22,816 nucleotides of DNA, taken from an uncultured archaeon (GTDB lineage Archaea > Iainarchaeota > Iainarchaeia > Iainarchaeales > GCA-2688035). A program made the position numbers and the translations under genes. Each line of letters begins with the position of its first letter. Positions within the stretch are counted from its first letter, which is position 1. Under the pieces are notes generated by a model that was not told the origin of the DNA, searched no databases, and saw only the letters and a list, made by a program, of their open reading frames with translations. The DNA lies in the NCBI GenBank assembly GCA_964354805.1, contig CAYHBD010000045.1, positions 1 through 22,816 of the forward strand. Direction: 5' to 3'. Positions 7,871-16,219 of this stretch are shown here, piece after piece.

Positions 7871-8014
7871 ATGGGCGTAGATGAAGAGATGAGGATGCAG
7901 TTGCTTGCTGAGGAATTCAAGCTCAGAAAAAAGCAGCCCCCGGCCTGGACAAGGCAGAAGTACAGGAAGTACGCGAACTTTGGGGCAAACAGAAGGCAGA
8001 AGAGCAAAGAATAA
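7871..8014 (+). CDS. Putative small basic protein (47 aa), below the ORF-track cutoff
   Basis: MGVDEEMRMQLLAEEFKLRKKQPPAWTRQKYRKYANFGANRRQKSKE; AGGTGG RBS-like sequence upstream; purine-rich coding-like composition. Confidence 0.45.
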   Translation: MGVDEEMRMQLLAEEFKLRKKQPPAWTRQKYRKYANFGANRRQKSKE

Positions 8015-8177
8015 TTTCGCAACTTTGGGCATTTGCCCTCTTTTTTTCAACTTTAAAAGGCAAGGTTTTTAGTTAGCTTGTTTTTCATACAGCCACGCCA
8101 GGCATACTGCCTGTTTGCACTTGTCAGTTAAGTTTAAATATTACCTTTTGCTTTTAAGATTAAGGAGGTATGCAAAA

Positions 8178-8561
8178 ATGGTCAACCTACAAGCTGTTGG
8201 AGCAGGTGCTTTTGTTTTGGGTTTGTTTCTAGCAATCTTAAGCAGTACAGCCATTAGAATATTGGTTCCTGACATTAGCGGGTATTTGCCATTGGTGCTG
8301 GTTGTTTTGGGCTTGATTGTTGGCTTCTTGAACATAGCTGACAAGGAGATTCAATCATTCCTGATTGCAGGCATTGCATTGGTGGTTGCAGGTATTCCTA
8401 ACGGCGCTTTGCTGACTACTTTGGATGCAGTAATTCCAAAACTTGGCACGGCATTGACTGCAATGTTAGGCGATATTTCAACATTTGCGGCACCAGCGGT
8501 ATTGGTTGTTTCACTTAAGGCCTTTTACAGCCTATCAAAAACGCCTGCGATTAAAAAGTGA
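8178..8561 (+). CDS. Uncharacterised 4-TM membrane protein
   Basis: Strong AGGAGG RBS before ATG 8178; LVVLGLIVGFLNIADKEIQSFLIAGIAL pattern. Confidence 0.8.
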   Translation: MVNLQAVGAGAFVLGLFLAILSSTAIRILVPDISGYLPLVLVVLGLIVGFLNIADKEIQSFLIAGIALVVAGIPNGALLTTLDAVIPKLGTALTAMLGDISTFAAPAVLVVSLKAFYSLSKTPAIKK

Positions 8562-8812
8562 TTCAATCTTTGCTTTTTTTTCTTTTTTTTGCTTTGAATT
8601 GGTTAGATTTAAAAATCGTTGGCTTGCTTAAATTAGTTACCAGTTTGCGTAAGGCGATTTTGGGCAAGGAAAATGTTGGTTTTGGATTGGGGCAAATCTC
8701 CCTGGCAAATAATTTGAATGGGTTGAAAGAAGGTTCTTGTTCTGAGGTTTTTAATTAAATGAAATTTTTTGGGCATTTTGCCCTTTTTGTTTTAATTTGG
8801 AGGTGAATTAAT

Positions 8813-9352
8813 TTGCCATACAGCAGATATAACAGGCAAAGGTTCGAGGGGGAAAAGCCAGTGCAGGAAGGGGGGACATACGACATTGAAATAGAAGCAA
8901 CTGGCACAAAGGGCGACGGCATCGGGAAAGTCAATGGTTTTGTTGTAATTGTTCCAGGCACAAAGCCCGGCCAGAAAGTGAAGGTAAAAATTGATGCGGT
9001 CAGGGGAAAAGTGGCGTTTGGAACAGTTGCAGGCGCATCGGCAGCAAAAAAGTCAGCGAAAGAGAAACCAGCGAAGGGCAAAGAGAAAGCAGAGGGGGCG
9101 CAAGAAGGGGCATCAGCGGAAGAGGCTGCTGAAGAAGCCAAGGGCACTGGAGAAAAAGAGGAAGCCGAAGAAGAGGAATCAGAGGGCGATGAAGAGCCTA
9201 AAGAAGAGCCAGCTGAGGAAGAAGCAGCGGAAGAAGAGCCAGCTGAGGAAGAAGCAGGAGAAGAGGAAGCCGAAGAGACCAAAGATGAGGCAACTGAAGA
9301 AGAAGCCGAATCTGAGCCAGCAGAATCTGAAGAAGAGCCAGCAGAAGAATGA
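8813..9352 (+). CDS. TRAM-domain RNA-binding protein with a long acidic tail
   Basis: KPVQEGGTYDIEIEATGTKGDGIGKVNGFVVIVPGTKPGQKVKVKI is a single TRAM domain; GGAGGTGA RBS and TTG start; Glu-rich tail with a 27-bp repeat (9201-9227, 9231-9257). Confidence 0.92.
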   Translation: MPYSRYNRQRFEGEKPVQEGGTYDIEIEATGTKGDGIGKVNGFVVIVPGTKPGQKVKVKIDAVRGKVAFGTVAGASAAKKSAKEKPAKGKEKAEGAQEGASAEEAAEEAKGTGEKEEAEEEESEGDEEPKEEPAEEEAAEEEPAEEEAGEEEAEETKDEATEEEAESEPAESEEEPAEE

Positions 9353-9566
9353 ATTAAACCTTGACCACAAGAGTCTGAAGAGCTAACCGAAGACCCATAA
9401 AATTGTGCTCAAATCCAAGGCACTGCCACTACTGCCAGCGTAAGCGGTTTTTTTGGCAATTTACTCTTTTTCCTTTTTTGCACTCCCGCTGGCTTTAAAG
9501 TTTGCTTTTTGAACCTAATACACTTATATACTCTTTGGTGTTTTTTGTTAAGCGAGGTGAGGGTTT

Positions 9567-9734
9567 GTGGGCATTGTTTTGACTAAGCTTAGGGCACCAA
9601 ATTTTGCCGAAAAAAAGCTGTGGCGGTGCGTGAACTGCGGCAAAACAATTGAGTCAGGCGAAGGGATTTACAGCAGAATGTTTTGCAGCATACAATGTAA
9701 GGAAACCTATTTTCACTCGGAAAAAACACTTTAA
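9567..9734 (+). CDS. Small FCS/TRASH-type zinc-finger protein (55 aa), not in the ORF track
   Basis: GAGGTGA RBS and GTG start; ...WRCVNCGKTIESGEGIYSRMFCSIQCKETYF... (CxxC...FCSxxC). Confidence 0.75.
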   Translation: MGIVLTKLRAPNFAEKKLWRCVNCGKTIESGEGIYSRMFCSIQCKETYFHSEKTL

Positions 9735-9767
9735 GCTTTTTCAGCCATTTTCTTTTTGCTTTTAGCT

Positions 9768-10431
9768 ATGGGCAAAGACATTCCATTAATTCTAAAAGAA
9801 ATGCGCAAAGCGGCTGGCGCGCCAGCTATTGTCTCAAGCGCTGCCCCATTCAAGGTTCTGATTTCAACTATTCTAAGCCAGAGGACGAGGGACCGGAACA
9901 CTGAAAAGGCCGCAAAGCGGCTTTTCGCAAAATACAAGTACCGCAAAAGTGCTTGCCTCTGCTCCATTGGCTGATGTAAGGAAATTAATCAAGCAGGCGG
10001 GCTTTTTTAAAGTAAAAGCGCTGCGGATTAAAGAAATTAGCAGGCAGTTGATTGAAAGATTCGATGGGAGAGTTCCAGCTGACCTGCAATCGCTGCTCTC
10101 GCTGCCTGGTGTTGGAAGAAAAACAGCAAACTGCGTATTGCTTTATGGGCATGGAATTCCATGCATTCCTTGTGATGTTCATGTAATGGTTATTTCCAAG
10201 AGGCTGGGTTTAACAAAAGAAAAAAACCCTGATAAAATTCAGAAAGATTTAGAAAACAAACTCCCTAAGAAATATTGGGGTGAATTTAATCACTTATGTG
10301 TGAAATACGGGCAGAAAGTGTGTCATACCTATAAGCCAAAATGCAATATTTGTAAATTAAAAAAACACTGCGATTATTTCAAAACTGCCGAACTAAAAAC
10401 AAGGCCATCAGCCATGGCAGTTATTCTTTAA
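9768..10431 (+). pseudogene. nth: Endonuclease III (HhH-GPD, 4Fe-4S) split by a single extra base at about 9936-9939; real pseudogene or sequencing error
   Basis: PFKVLISTILSQRTRD in the first frame; LPGVGRKTANCVL, CDVHV and C-x6-C-x2-C-x5-C in the second; AAA TAC AAG [T] ACC GCA AAA GTG rejoins when one base is removed. Confidence 0.85.
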
Positions 10432-10484
10432 CTGTCGAATCAAAAAAACACATTTAAATACTTTCCACTTCAGCTATTTTTTAT

Positions 10485-10766
10485 ATGACTGTTGTTTTTA
10501 ATTTGTTCAGCCAGTTTGTGAAATCCCTGCCCGTGCTGGTGAAAAAGATCGGCACTGTACTGCTGCTGATTTTCACTGTTGGCTTATTCAGCGGCTATTT
10601 TATTTCACTTTTCAGCATTCACCCGATTGTACTGCTGATCCCGGTTGTTGCAATGTTTGTGATGTGGTACAGGCTGGATGAAGGCGTTGCAGTTCTTGTG
10701 TTGCTTGTTTTGCTTGTGCTGTTTTTCCCGCAGGTGATTGATGCAATAGTTGGTGCGGTTTTATAA
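10485..10766 (+). CDS. Small membrane protein
   Basis: 93 aa, about three hydrophobic segments; TTTAAATA box about 30 nt upstream. Confidence 0.75.
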   Translation: MTVVFNLFSQFVKSLPVLVKKIGTVLLLIFTVGLFSGYFISLFSIHPIVLLIPVVAMFVMWYRLDEGVAVLVLLVLLVLFFPQVIDAIVGAVL

Positions 10767-10874
10767 TCCTGAATTCAATTGGTTTTAATGCAATTCAAAA
10801 CTGGGCGCGGTTTTATAAGTCCAAATTTAATCAGTTCCAATGCAATTCAAGGCATTTGGGCGCGGATTTATAAT
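10741..10874 (+). repeat. Degenerate tandem repeat (about 2.5 units, 51-55 bp period) containing TATA boxes
   Basis: ATGCAAT...TGG(G)YGCGGWTTTATAA recurs at about 10741, 10788 and 10840. Confidence 0.7.
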
Positions 10875-10898
10875 TTTTTTTAAGCCTAATATTTCTCA

Positions 10899-11174
10899 AT
10901 GCCCAGCATATGCAATTTCAAGGTTCCGAACGGAAAGCTGTTGCGCGTAGCGGTTGAATTCGAGGGAGACACTGTAAGGGAACTGAAAATCAGCGGGGAT
11001 TTCTTTTTGCACCCGGAAACAGGGATTGGGCTGCTGGAGAAAGCAGCAAAAGGAAAAAAGTTGAATGAACTGGAAAACGCGTTCGAAAACACACTGAAAA
11101 AGAACAAACTGCTACCACTTGGCTTTGATGCCGCCTCACTGGCGCAGGCAATCAAAATGGCAAAAGGGGATTAA
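10899..11174 (+). CDS. Lipoate-protein ligase accessory subunit (LplA C-terminal domain, LplB-like)
   Basis: FKVPNGKLLRV...LKISGDFFLHPE signature; abuts the catalytic subunit. Confidence 0.85.
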   Translation: MPSICNFKVPNGKLLRVAVEFEGDTVRELKISGDFFLHPETGIGLLEKAAKGKKLNELENAFENTLKKNKLLPLGFDAASLAQAIKMAKGD

Positions 11175-11960
11175 ATGCAGGGTGCAGTTAGGGCAGGGAG
11201 CAATAAAAACGGCACGCAATGGCGGCTAATAGTTGACAGCGCGAGAGATGCTTTCTCAAACATGGCGATTGACAAGGCAATCCTTTTTTCCGGTGCAGAT
11301 GTTCCAACAGTTCGCTTCTACCAGTGGCAGCCTGCCGCCGTAAGCATTGGCTGCTTCCAGAACCTGCTGCTTGAGGTTGATGCAGAGAAATGCAGGGGGC
11401 AGGGCATTGATGTTGTCAGGAGAATAACTGGCGGCGGAGCAGTGTTTCACGACAAAGAGCTGACTTACAGCATTGTTTTAAGGGAGAAAAACAAATTCTT
11501 GCCCGGCAATTTGCCTGCTTCTTATGAAAAGATCTGCAGGGCGGTAATTACTGGATTGGAAGAGCTTGGGCTGAGGGCAGAGTATGCTCCCTTAAACGAC
11601 ATTTTGGTGAATGGGAGAAAGATTTCTGGTTGCGCGCAGACAAGAAGGAATAAGGGGATTCTGCAGCATGGCACAATGATTATGGGCGTTGATGCTGAAA
11701 AAATGTTCTCCCTGCTAAAGGTTCCTGATGAAAAGCTGAGGGGCAAAATGATTGCCGGCGCAAAGGAAAGGGTTACTTCAATTGAAAAAGAGTTGGGCAG
11801 AATGGTTTCTTTTGATGAGGCGGCAGCTGCGTTGAAAAAGGGCATTGAGCAGACATTCGGCACAAAGCTGGTTGCCGGCGTTTTAACAAAAAAAGAGCTT
11901 TCTTTGGCAGCGCAATTCAGGCGCGAGTTTGCAAGCTCGGAATGGAATTACAGTAGGTGA
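11175..11960 (+). CDS. lplA: Lipoate-protein ligase catalytic subunit
   Basis: NMAID, VRRITGGGAVFHD, NDILVNGRKISGCAQ and LQHGT motifs. Confidence 0.93.
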   Translation: MQGAVRAGSNKNGTQWRLIVDSARDAFSNMAIDKAILFSGADVPTVRFYQWQPAAVSIGCFQNLLLEVDAEKCRGQGIDVVRRITGGGAVFHDKELTYSIVLREKNKFLPGNLPASYEKICRAVITGLEELGLRAEYAPLNDILVNGRKISGCAQTRRNKGILQHGTMIMGVDAEKMFSLLKVPDEKLRGKMIAGAKERVTSIEKELGRMVSFDEAAAALKKGIEQTFGTKLVAGVLTKKELSLAAQFRREFASSEWNYSR

Positions 11961-11964
11961 TGGT

Positions 11965-12348
11965 GTGCGCTACACATTTTCTCAAGAGTGGACTGAAAAG
12001 GCAAGGGAGATAGCCAAGCGGCTGCGCTTTGACCACATTGAGCTGGATAGGATTGCCTGTGTCAGGAGCCAGGGGAGCAAGACAAGGAATGTTATTGCAA
12101 GAGTTCACACAATGGGAAAGGTACTACAGCTTGGAATGAACCAAAAGCCGTGTTATGTGATTGAATTGCTCAGCGAGCGCTTTGAAAAGCAGGGCAGGGA
12201 GCAGCAGATCAAGACACTGATCCACGAATTGCTGCACATTCCGCACTCTTTCGGCGGAGGCTTCAGGCACCACAAGCCCTACGTAAACATCAGGACAGTT
12301 GAAGAAGAGTTCAAAAAATTGAGTGCCGCGCAATTGGCCCTGCTATAA
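11965..12348 (+). CDS. Predicted zincin metallopeptidase (HExxH)
   Basis: YVIELLSERF...TLIHELLHIP...FRHH; GTG at 11965 follows the AGGTGA RBS overlapping the lplA stop. Confidence 0.85.
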   Translation: MRYTFSQEWTEKAREIAKRLRFDHIELDRIACVRSQGSKTRNVIARVHTMGKVLQLGMNQKPCYVIELLSERFEKQGREQQIKTLIHELLHIPHSFGGGFRHHKPYVNIRTVEEEFKKLSAAQLALL

Positions 12349-12390
12349 AATCGTTAATTTCACTAATTTTCCAAAAAAGAGCCCACAGTT

Positions 12391-12681
12391 TTACTTCACA
12401 ATTGTCAGTTTTCCAAATTTTCCTGTGCTGACCTGCCTTTGGCCCTGGTATTCGCTGCACCAGCCGCTCTCAATCTTGATGGTGTTGCCCTCTTTTACCT
12501 GTTCGCATTGCTCGTTCCACAAAGAAACACTGACTTCAGTGCCGTCTTCATCCTTTCCGGCTGCGCTGCATACCTTCCCGCTGCCTCTTTCGCTGGCAAA
12601 CTGCCTTGGCTCTGCCTTGCTGACTATTTCCAGTATCATCTCAGGCACTGCCGCCCTTGGCTTCAAATCGCTGACTTTCAA
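12391..12681 (-). CDS. Single OB-fold single-stranded DNA-binding protein
   Basis: KVSDLKP...GKVCSA...VSLWNEQCEQVKEGNTIKIESGWCSEYQG...STGKFGKL; TTG start at 12681 after the AGGTGA RBS. Confidence 0.88.
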   Translation of the reverse strand: MKVSDLKPRAAVPEMILEIVSKAEPRQFASERGSGKVCSAAGKDEDGTEVSVSLWNEQCEQVKEGNTIKIESGWCSEYQGQRQVSTGKFGKLTIVK

Positions 12682-12733
12682 AAGAATCACCTGCAACAAT
12701 CTTATTTGGCAAAGGGTTTTAAAACAAGCGCTG

Positions 12734-12912
12734 CCGAAAGCATGAAAAGCCAAAAACCGGCAAATTGGCAGACCGGCCCAAATGTTTTGAAGCTGAAAAA
12801 GACGGGAAAACCAAAATCGCGCAAAATCGGCAGCGCGGCAGGACTGCCAGCCAACTGTCGCCAAGCCGAAAAAGCATGGAAATTCAAAACCCTGCAAAAT
12901 CGGCAACCTGCC
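12734..12912 (+). repeat. Degenerate direct repeats in a long intergenic region
   Basis: GCCGAAA(AA)GCATG.AAA..CAAAA.CC.GCAAA.T.GGCA at about 12734 and 12865; partial copy CCAAAATCGCGCAAAATCGGCA at 12811. Confidence 0.6.
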
Positions 12913-13602
12913 GGCTTGCTTCACCCCAGATCCAAAACCGAAAAGCCGAAAACACCAAAATTGCCCCAAAGCCTGGTAAACAAAACAAGCAAGTGTTTTA
13001 TACATAACTTTTTTGGTGTTTTTTTGCGTTTTTTTTTGATTTTTTTTTAGCCCAACTTTTTCTGATTGCGCGCGAGCTATTTTGTGCATCCGCTGCCCCA
13101 GCCCAAATGCAAAAAAACTGGAAAAGCGGAAAAATCGTTTGCTTTCCAAAAGCAGGCAGGGCTGGCGGTTTGCAAAAGATACTGTTTTGCCTGCTTTGGA
13201 TTAGGATTTCTTTTTGCCTGTTTTTTAGGGCAAAAAAGCCTTTTTTTCTATGGAAAAAAAGCCTTGGGAAAAAATTGCCTTCGGCAAAGGCGTTTTTTGC
13301 CCTGGGTTTTTGGGAGAAACTGGTTGTGCATGGTGGGCGGCAGCAAAATTTTTTGCCTGCCGGCAGATTTTTCCCGAATTTCTTTTAATTTTTTTTAGAA
13401 CAAAACCTGAAAATTCAGCCCACTAGAAAACCGGGTGGAAAAAGTTGCCCAAGTTTCCGGCAATCCAGAGAAAAACACCCCAAACCATCTTCTACATAAC
13501 TAATTTTTCTTTTTTTCCATCCCTGGGAATTCTTTTTCTGCCTTATTTTGCCATGCCTCTTTTCAATTGCCTTTTAAATCATTGGGTATGGAATATATCT
13601 AC

Positions 13603-13627
13603 CTGCTCGAACCATCGGTTTGGGCAG
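13603..13627 (+). promoter_or_regulatory. 5'-UTR stem-loop upstream of the CxxC-x17-CxxC gene
   Basis: CTGCTCGAACC-ATC-GGTTTGGGCAG, an 11-bp stem with two G-U pairs, about 25 nt after a TTTTAAAT box. Confidence 0.5.
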
Positions 13628-13656
13628 TATTAATCGAAAAAAGGTGAAAAAAACAA

Positions 13657-13833
13657 ATGGCTGAAGACAGATTCGGCAGGCAAATGCATAAGGTCACTTG
13701 CTCTGAGTGCGGTCAGGAAACGGAAGTTCCCTTTAAACCGGACGGAACAAGACCAGTTTACTGCCGAGATTGCTATCAAAAGCATAGGAAGCCCTCAAGA
13801 GGCTTCGGCGGCGGAAGAGATAGAGACTACTAA
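13657..13833 (+). CDS. CxxC-x17-CxxC zinc-binding protein (58 aa), not in the ORF track
   Basis: AAGGTGA RBS; MAEDRFGRQMHKVTCSECGQETEVPFKPDGTRPVYCRDCYQKHRK... Confidence 0.93.
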   Translation: MAEDRFGRQMHKVTCSECGQETEVPFKPDGTRPVYCRDCYQKHRKPSRGFGGGRDRDY

Positions 13834-13983
13834 TTCTAAAAAATTAGTTTTTTAAATTTCGCAAAATCATTTTCTAATTCTTTTATTTTTTTATTTTAAC
13901 CCAGCGGAAGCAAGAGGCTGGCGCTTGTTGTTTTGCTTTAAACTGCCCGAAGATTTTTAAACAAATAGCGCATACTTTTTCTC

Positions 13984-14550
13984 ATGCCTGAGGCAAAAGC
14001 AAACCCAGCGCCCCTTGGCTTGGCTGGGTTTGGTTTGACAACTATTCTGCTTAATTTGCACAACGCCGGCTTTTTCCCGCTTGACGCAATGATTCTCTCA
14101 ATGGGAATATTTTACGGCGGAATAGCCCAAGTGATAGCGGGAATAATGGAATACAGGAACGGCAACACGTTTGGAACAATTGCATTCACTTCATACGGCC
14201 TGTTCTGGCTGTCTCTTGTTTCACTGCTCGTAATGCCAAAGCTCGGGCTTGCAACAGCCGCCTCAACAACAGCAATGGGCAGTTACCTGCTGCTCTGGGG
14301 CATTTTCACTTTCTTGATGTTTTTTGGAACCCTCAAAACAAACAGGGTTCTGCAGTTCATTTTCGCTTCCCTGGCACTGCTCTTCTTCCTTCTCGCAGCC
14401 GGCGACTTTACCGGAATAAAGGAAATAACTACAATTGCCGGCTTTGAGGGAATAATCTGCGGCCTCTCAGCATTCTACCTTGCAATGGCAGAAGTGCTGA
14501 ACGCGGCAAACGCCAAAACAATTCTGCCGATTGGGGCAGTAAAAAAATAG
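13984..14550 (+). CDS. satP: Acetate/succinate uptake transporter (GPR1/FUN34/YaaH family)
   Basis: [31 protein letters not shown]...SYGLFW; six TM segments. Confidence 0.95.
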   Translation: MPEAKANPAPLGLAGFGLTTILLNLHNAGFFPLDAMILSMGIFYGGIAQVIAGIMEYRNGNTFGTIAFTSYGLFWLSLVSLLVMPKLGLATAASTTAMGSYLLLWGIFTFLMFFGTLKTNRVLQFIFASLALLFFLLAAGDFTGIKEITTIAGFEGIICGLSAFYLAMAEVLNAANAKTILPIGAVKK

Positions 14551-14605
14551 CACAAATTCTATGGCAACCTAAAAATTAATTAATTGGTTGAGCAACTAAT
14601 TCTTC

Positions 14606-15133
14606 ATGCGCTTGCTTGTTGCTATTCACTTGAGCAAAATCCATGAGGCTCGGGATTTCGCCAAATTTGTAAAGCGGAATAGCAGGGAAGACCCGCATAC
14701 TTTTCTTATTTCATTCCGCTGGGGCGGCTTCTCAATGGAGAAAATGACTGCGTTAATTAAAGAAGCCAGGCTTTCTCCATTGAATGTCTTGTCAGTAAGA
14801 GCAGCAACAGGCGACGGCTGGGCAACTGTTTTCGAGCCATACAAAGAGAGCTTTGCAAAGGCAATTGAAACAGCTCTGCAAAACGCATGGGCAAGAGAAA
14901 AGGTTGACGTTGTCTTGTTTGGCGGAACGGCAAAAGGCTGCTTTAACAGGATTGGAGAAGCTGCTTTAAAAGAGCTAATCGCAAGGCTTGGCCCAAGGCT
15001 TGGAAGGATTGAAACAGCAGCCCAATGGACATACAAACTCGGCGGAAAAAGAGTGCTGCCCCTGCCTTTGAGAAAACGCGCGCTTTGGAACAAAGCAAAG
15101 AAAATTTTTAAGGCAAGAAAACCTAGAAAATAG
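14606..15133 (+). CDS. Basic orphan protein, possibly an isochorismatase-like cysteine hydrolase fold
   Basis: N-terminal strand LLVAIH and VDVVLFGGTAKGCF pattern; K/R-rich C-terminus. Confidence 0.55.
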   Translation: MRLLVAIHLSKIHEARDFAKFVKRNSREDPHTFLISFRWGGFSMEKMTALIKEARLSPLNVLSVRAATGDGWATVFEPYKESFAKAIETALQNAWAREKVDVVLFGGTAKGCFNRIGEAALKELIARLGPRLGRIETAAQWTYKLGGKRVLPLPLRKRALWNKAKKIFKARKPRK

Positions 15134-15146
15134 CGCGAATTGCAGA

Positions 15147-15356
15147 CTAAATTTTTTGCAGTCCATCGCACATTGGGAATGCCTGGCAGCCCCAGAATTT
15201 GCCGTACTTTCCTTCCCTGATTCGCATTTCAAGCCCGCAGTTCGGGCAATTCGGAGCCTGGATTTTTGTCTTTGAATGCTGTGAACAAACAGGAATGCCT
15301 GCCTTATTGTACTTTGACGCCATTTTTCCGCATTTTGCGCACTTCAATAAAATCAC
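15147..15356 (-). CDS. Small protein with a topoisomerase-type C4 zinc ribbon
   Basis: CPNCGLEMRIREGKYGKFWGCQAFPMC plus an N-terminal CxxC...CxxH. Confidence 0.85.
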   Translation of the reverse strand: MILLKCAKCGKMASKYNKAGIPVCSQHSKTKIQAPNCPNCGLEMRIREGKYGKFWGCQAFPMCDGLQKI

Positions 15357-15411
15357 TTAAAACAAGAAATGAGCGAAAGAATTTAATACAGAGCCAGTGA
15401 ATTCTTTTTAG

Positions 15412-15696
15412 ATGGCATTTTTTGTTTACCTTTTGGAGTGCAGTGACGGAAGCCTTTACTGCGGCTATGCCACAGACATTAAGGCAAGAATTGAATTGCA
15501 CAACAAGGGCAGGGCATCAAAATACACAAAATCAAGGCTGCCTGCAAAACTCGTTTTCCTTGAAAGGAAGAAAACCAAAAGCGAAGCAATGAAGCGCGAG
15601 GCGGAAATAAAGAAAATGCCAAGAAAGGAAAAGCTGGAATTGGTTGCATCTGGCTGCGTTGGAGAATTCTGTCTGCAGCCCTTTAGGAAAAATTAA
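15412..15696 (+). CDS. GIY-YIG nuclease (UPF0213-like)
   Basis: FVYLLECSDGSLYCGYATDIKARIELHNKGRASKYTK...AMKREAEIKK. Confidence 0.93.
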   Translation: MAFFVYLLECSDGSLYCGYATDIKARIELHNKGRASKYTKSRLPAKLVFLERKKTKSEAMKREAEIKKMPRKEKLELVASGCVGEFCLQPFRKN

Positions 15697-15721
15697 ATAT
15701 TACCTTTGACCATTATCTTAT

Positions 15722-16177
15722 TTGATTAAAATGCTAGGGCAACACAAGCGGTCTGTTTACACGAGAATGGCCAGGGCACTTGTAAGCAGAAGGCGAAAGA
15801 AGGGAAAGATGCAATTAAAGGAAAGGCTTGCTGTTGTAAAAAAAGCGCTGAGGGAAGGCAGGAGAAGGTGCAGGAGAAGCAAGGATCTTGCAAGAGCGCA
15901 GCTGTATCTCAGGCTGTTTGAAAATGCGATGGCAAGACTGGAAGCAGACCCAATCGCAATGGAAAAATTCAGGGAAAAAAGAATTCCCGAGCTTGAGGGC
16001 AGGATTATGGCAATTGATGCCAAGATTCAGGACCTGAATAGAAAAGCACAGGCTTTCGCAAGACTGAGCAAAATGACTGGTGCCAAAAAGGCGTGGAGAG
16101 AAGAAGAAAGGTTATCCGCAGTAAGAAAAGCCCTTGGCATAGAGCTGCAACTGTTCAAAGAATCATCAAATTTTTAG
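15722..16177 (+). CDS. Highly basic coiled-coil orphan protein
   Basis: 151-aa R/K-rich helical ORF filling the gap; start may be ATG 15731. Confidence 0.6.
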   Translation: MIKMLGQHKRSVYTRMARALVSRRRKKGKMQLKERLAVVKKALREGRRRCRRSKDLARAQLYLRLFENAMARLEADPIAMEKFREKRIPELEGRIMAIDAKIQDLNRKAQAFARLSKMTGAKKAWREEERLSAVRKALGIELQLFKESSNF

Positions 16178-16219
16178 AACCGGCAATACTTGAAAATAAC
16201 ACAAGTTGTTGGACAGCTT

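Noticed and set aside
8755-9386. Antisense Ser-rich and alternate-frame Lys/Arg-rich ORFs
   Set aside because: Shadows of the GAA-rich acidic tail of the TRAM gene.
9930-9950. Programmed frameshift in nth
   Set aside because: No recognisable slippery sequence or stimulatory structure; a single-base indel is simpler.
10741-10874. Mini CRISPR array
   Set aside because: Units are degenerate, the intervening sequences resemble each other rather than being unique spacers, and there are no cas genes.
12439-13633. Long ORFs 12439-13050, 13066-13398 and the N-terminal 155 aa of 12391-13149
   Set aside because: Low-complexity K- or F-rich translations caused by strand-biased composition; the real SSB starts at 12681.
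14626-15171. 181-aa antisense ORF
   Set aside because: It overlaps the + strand gene, which has the better upstream motif and a more protein-like pattern.
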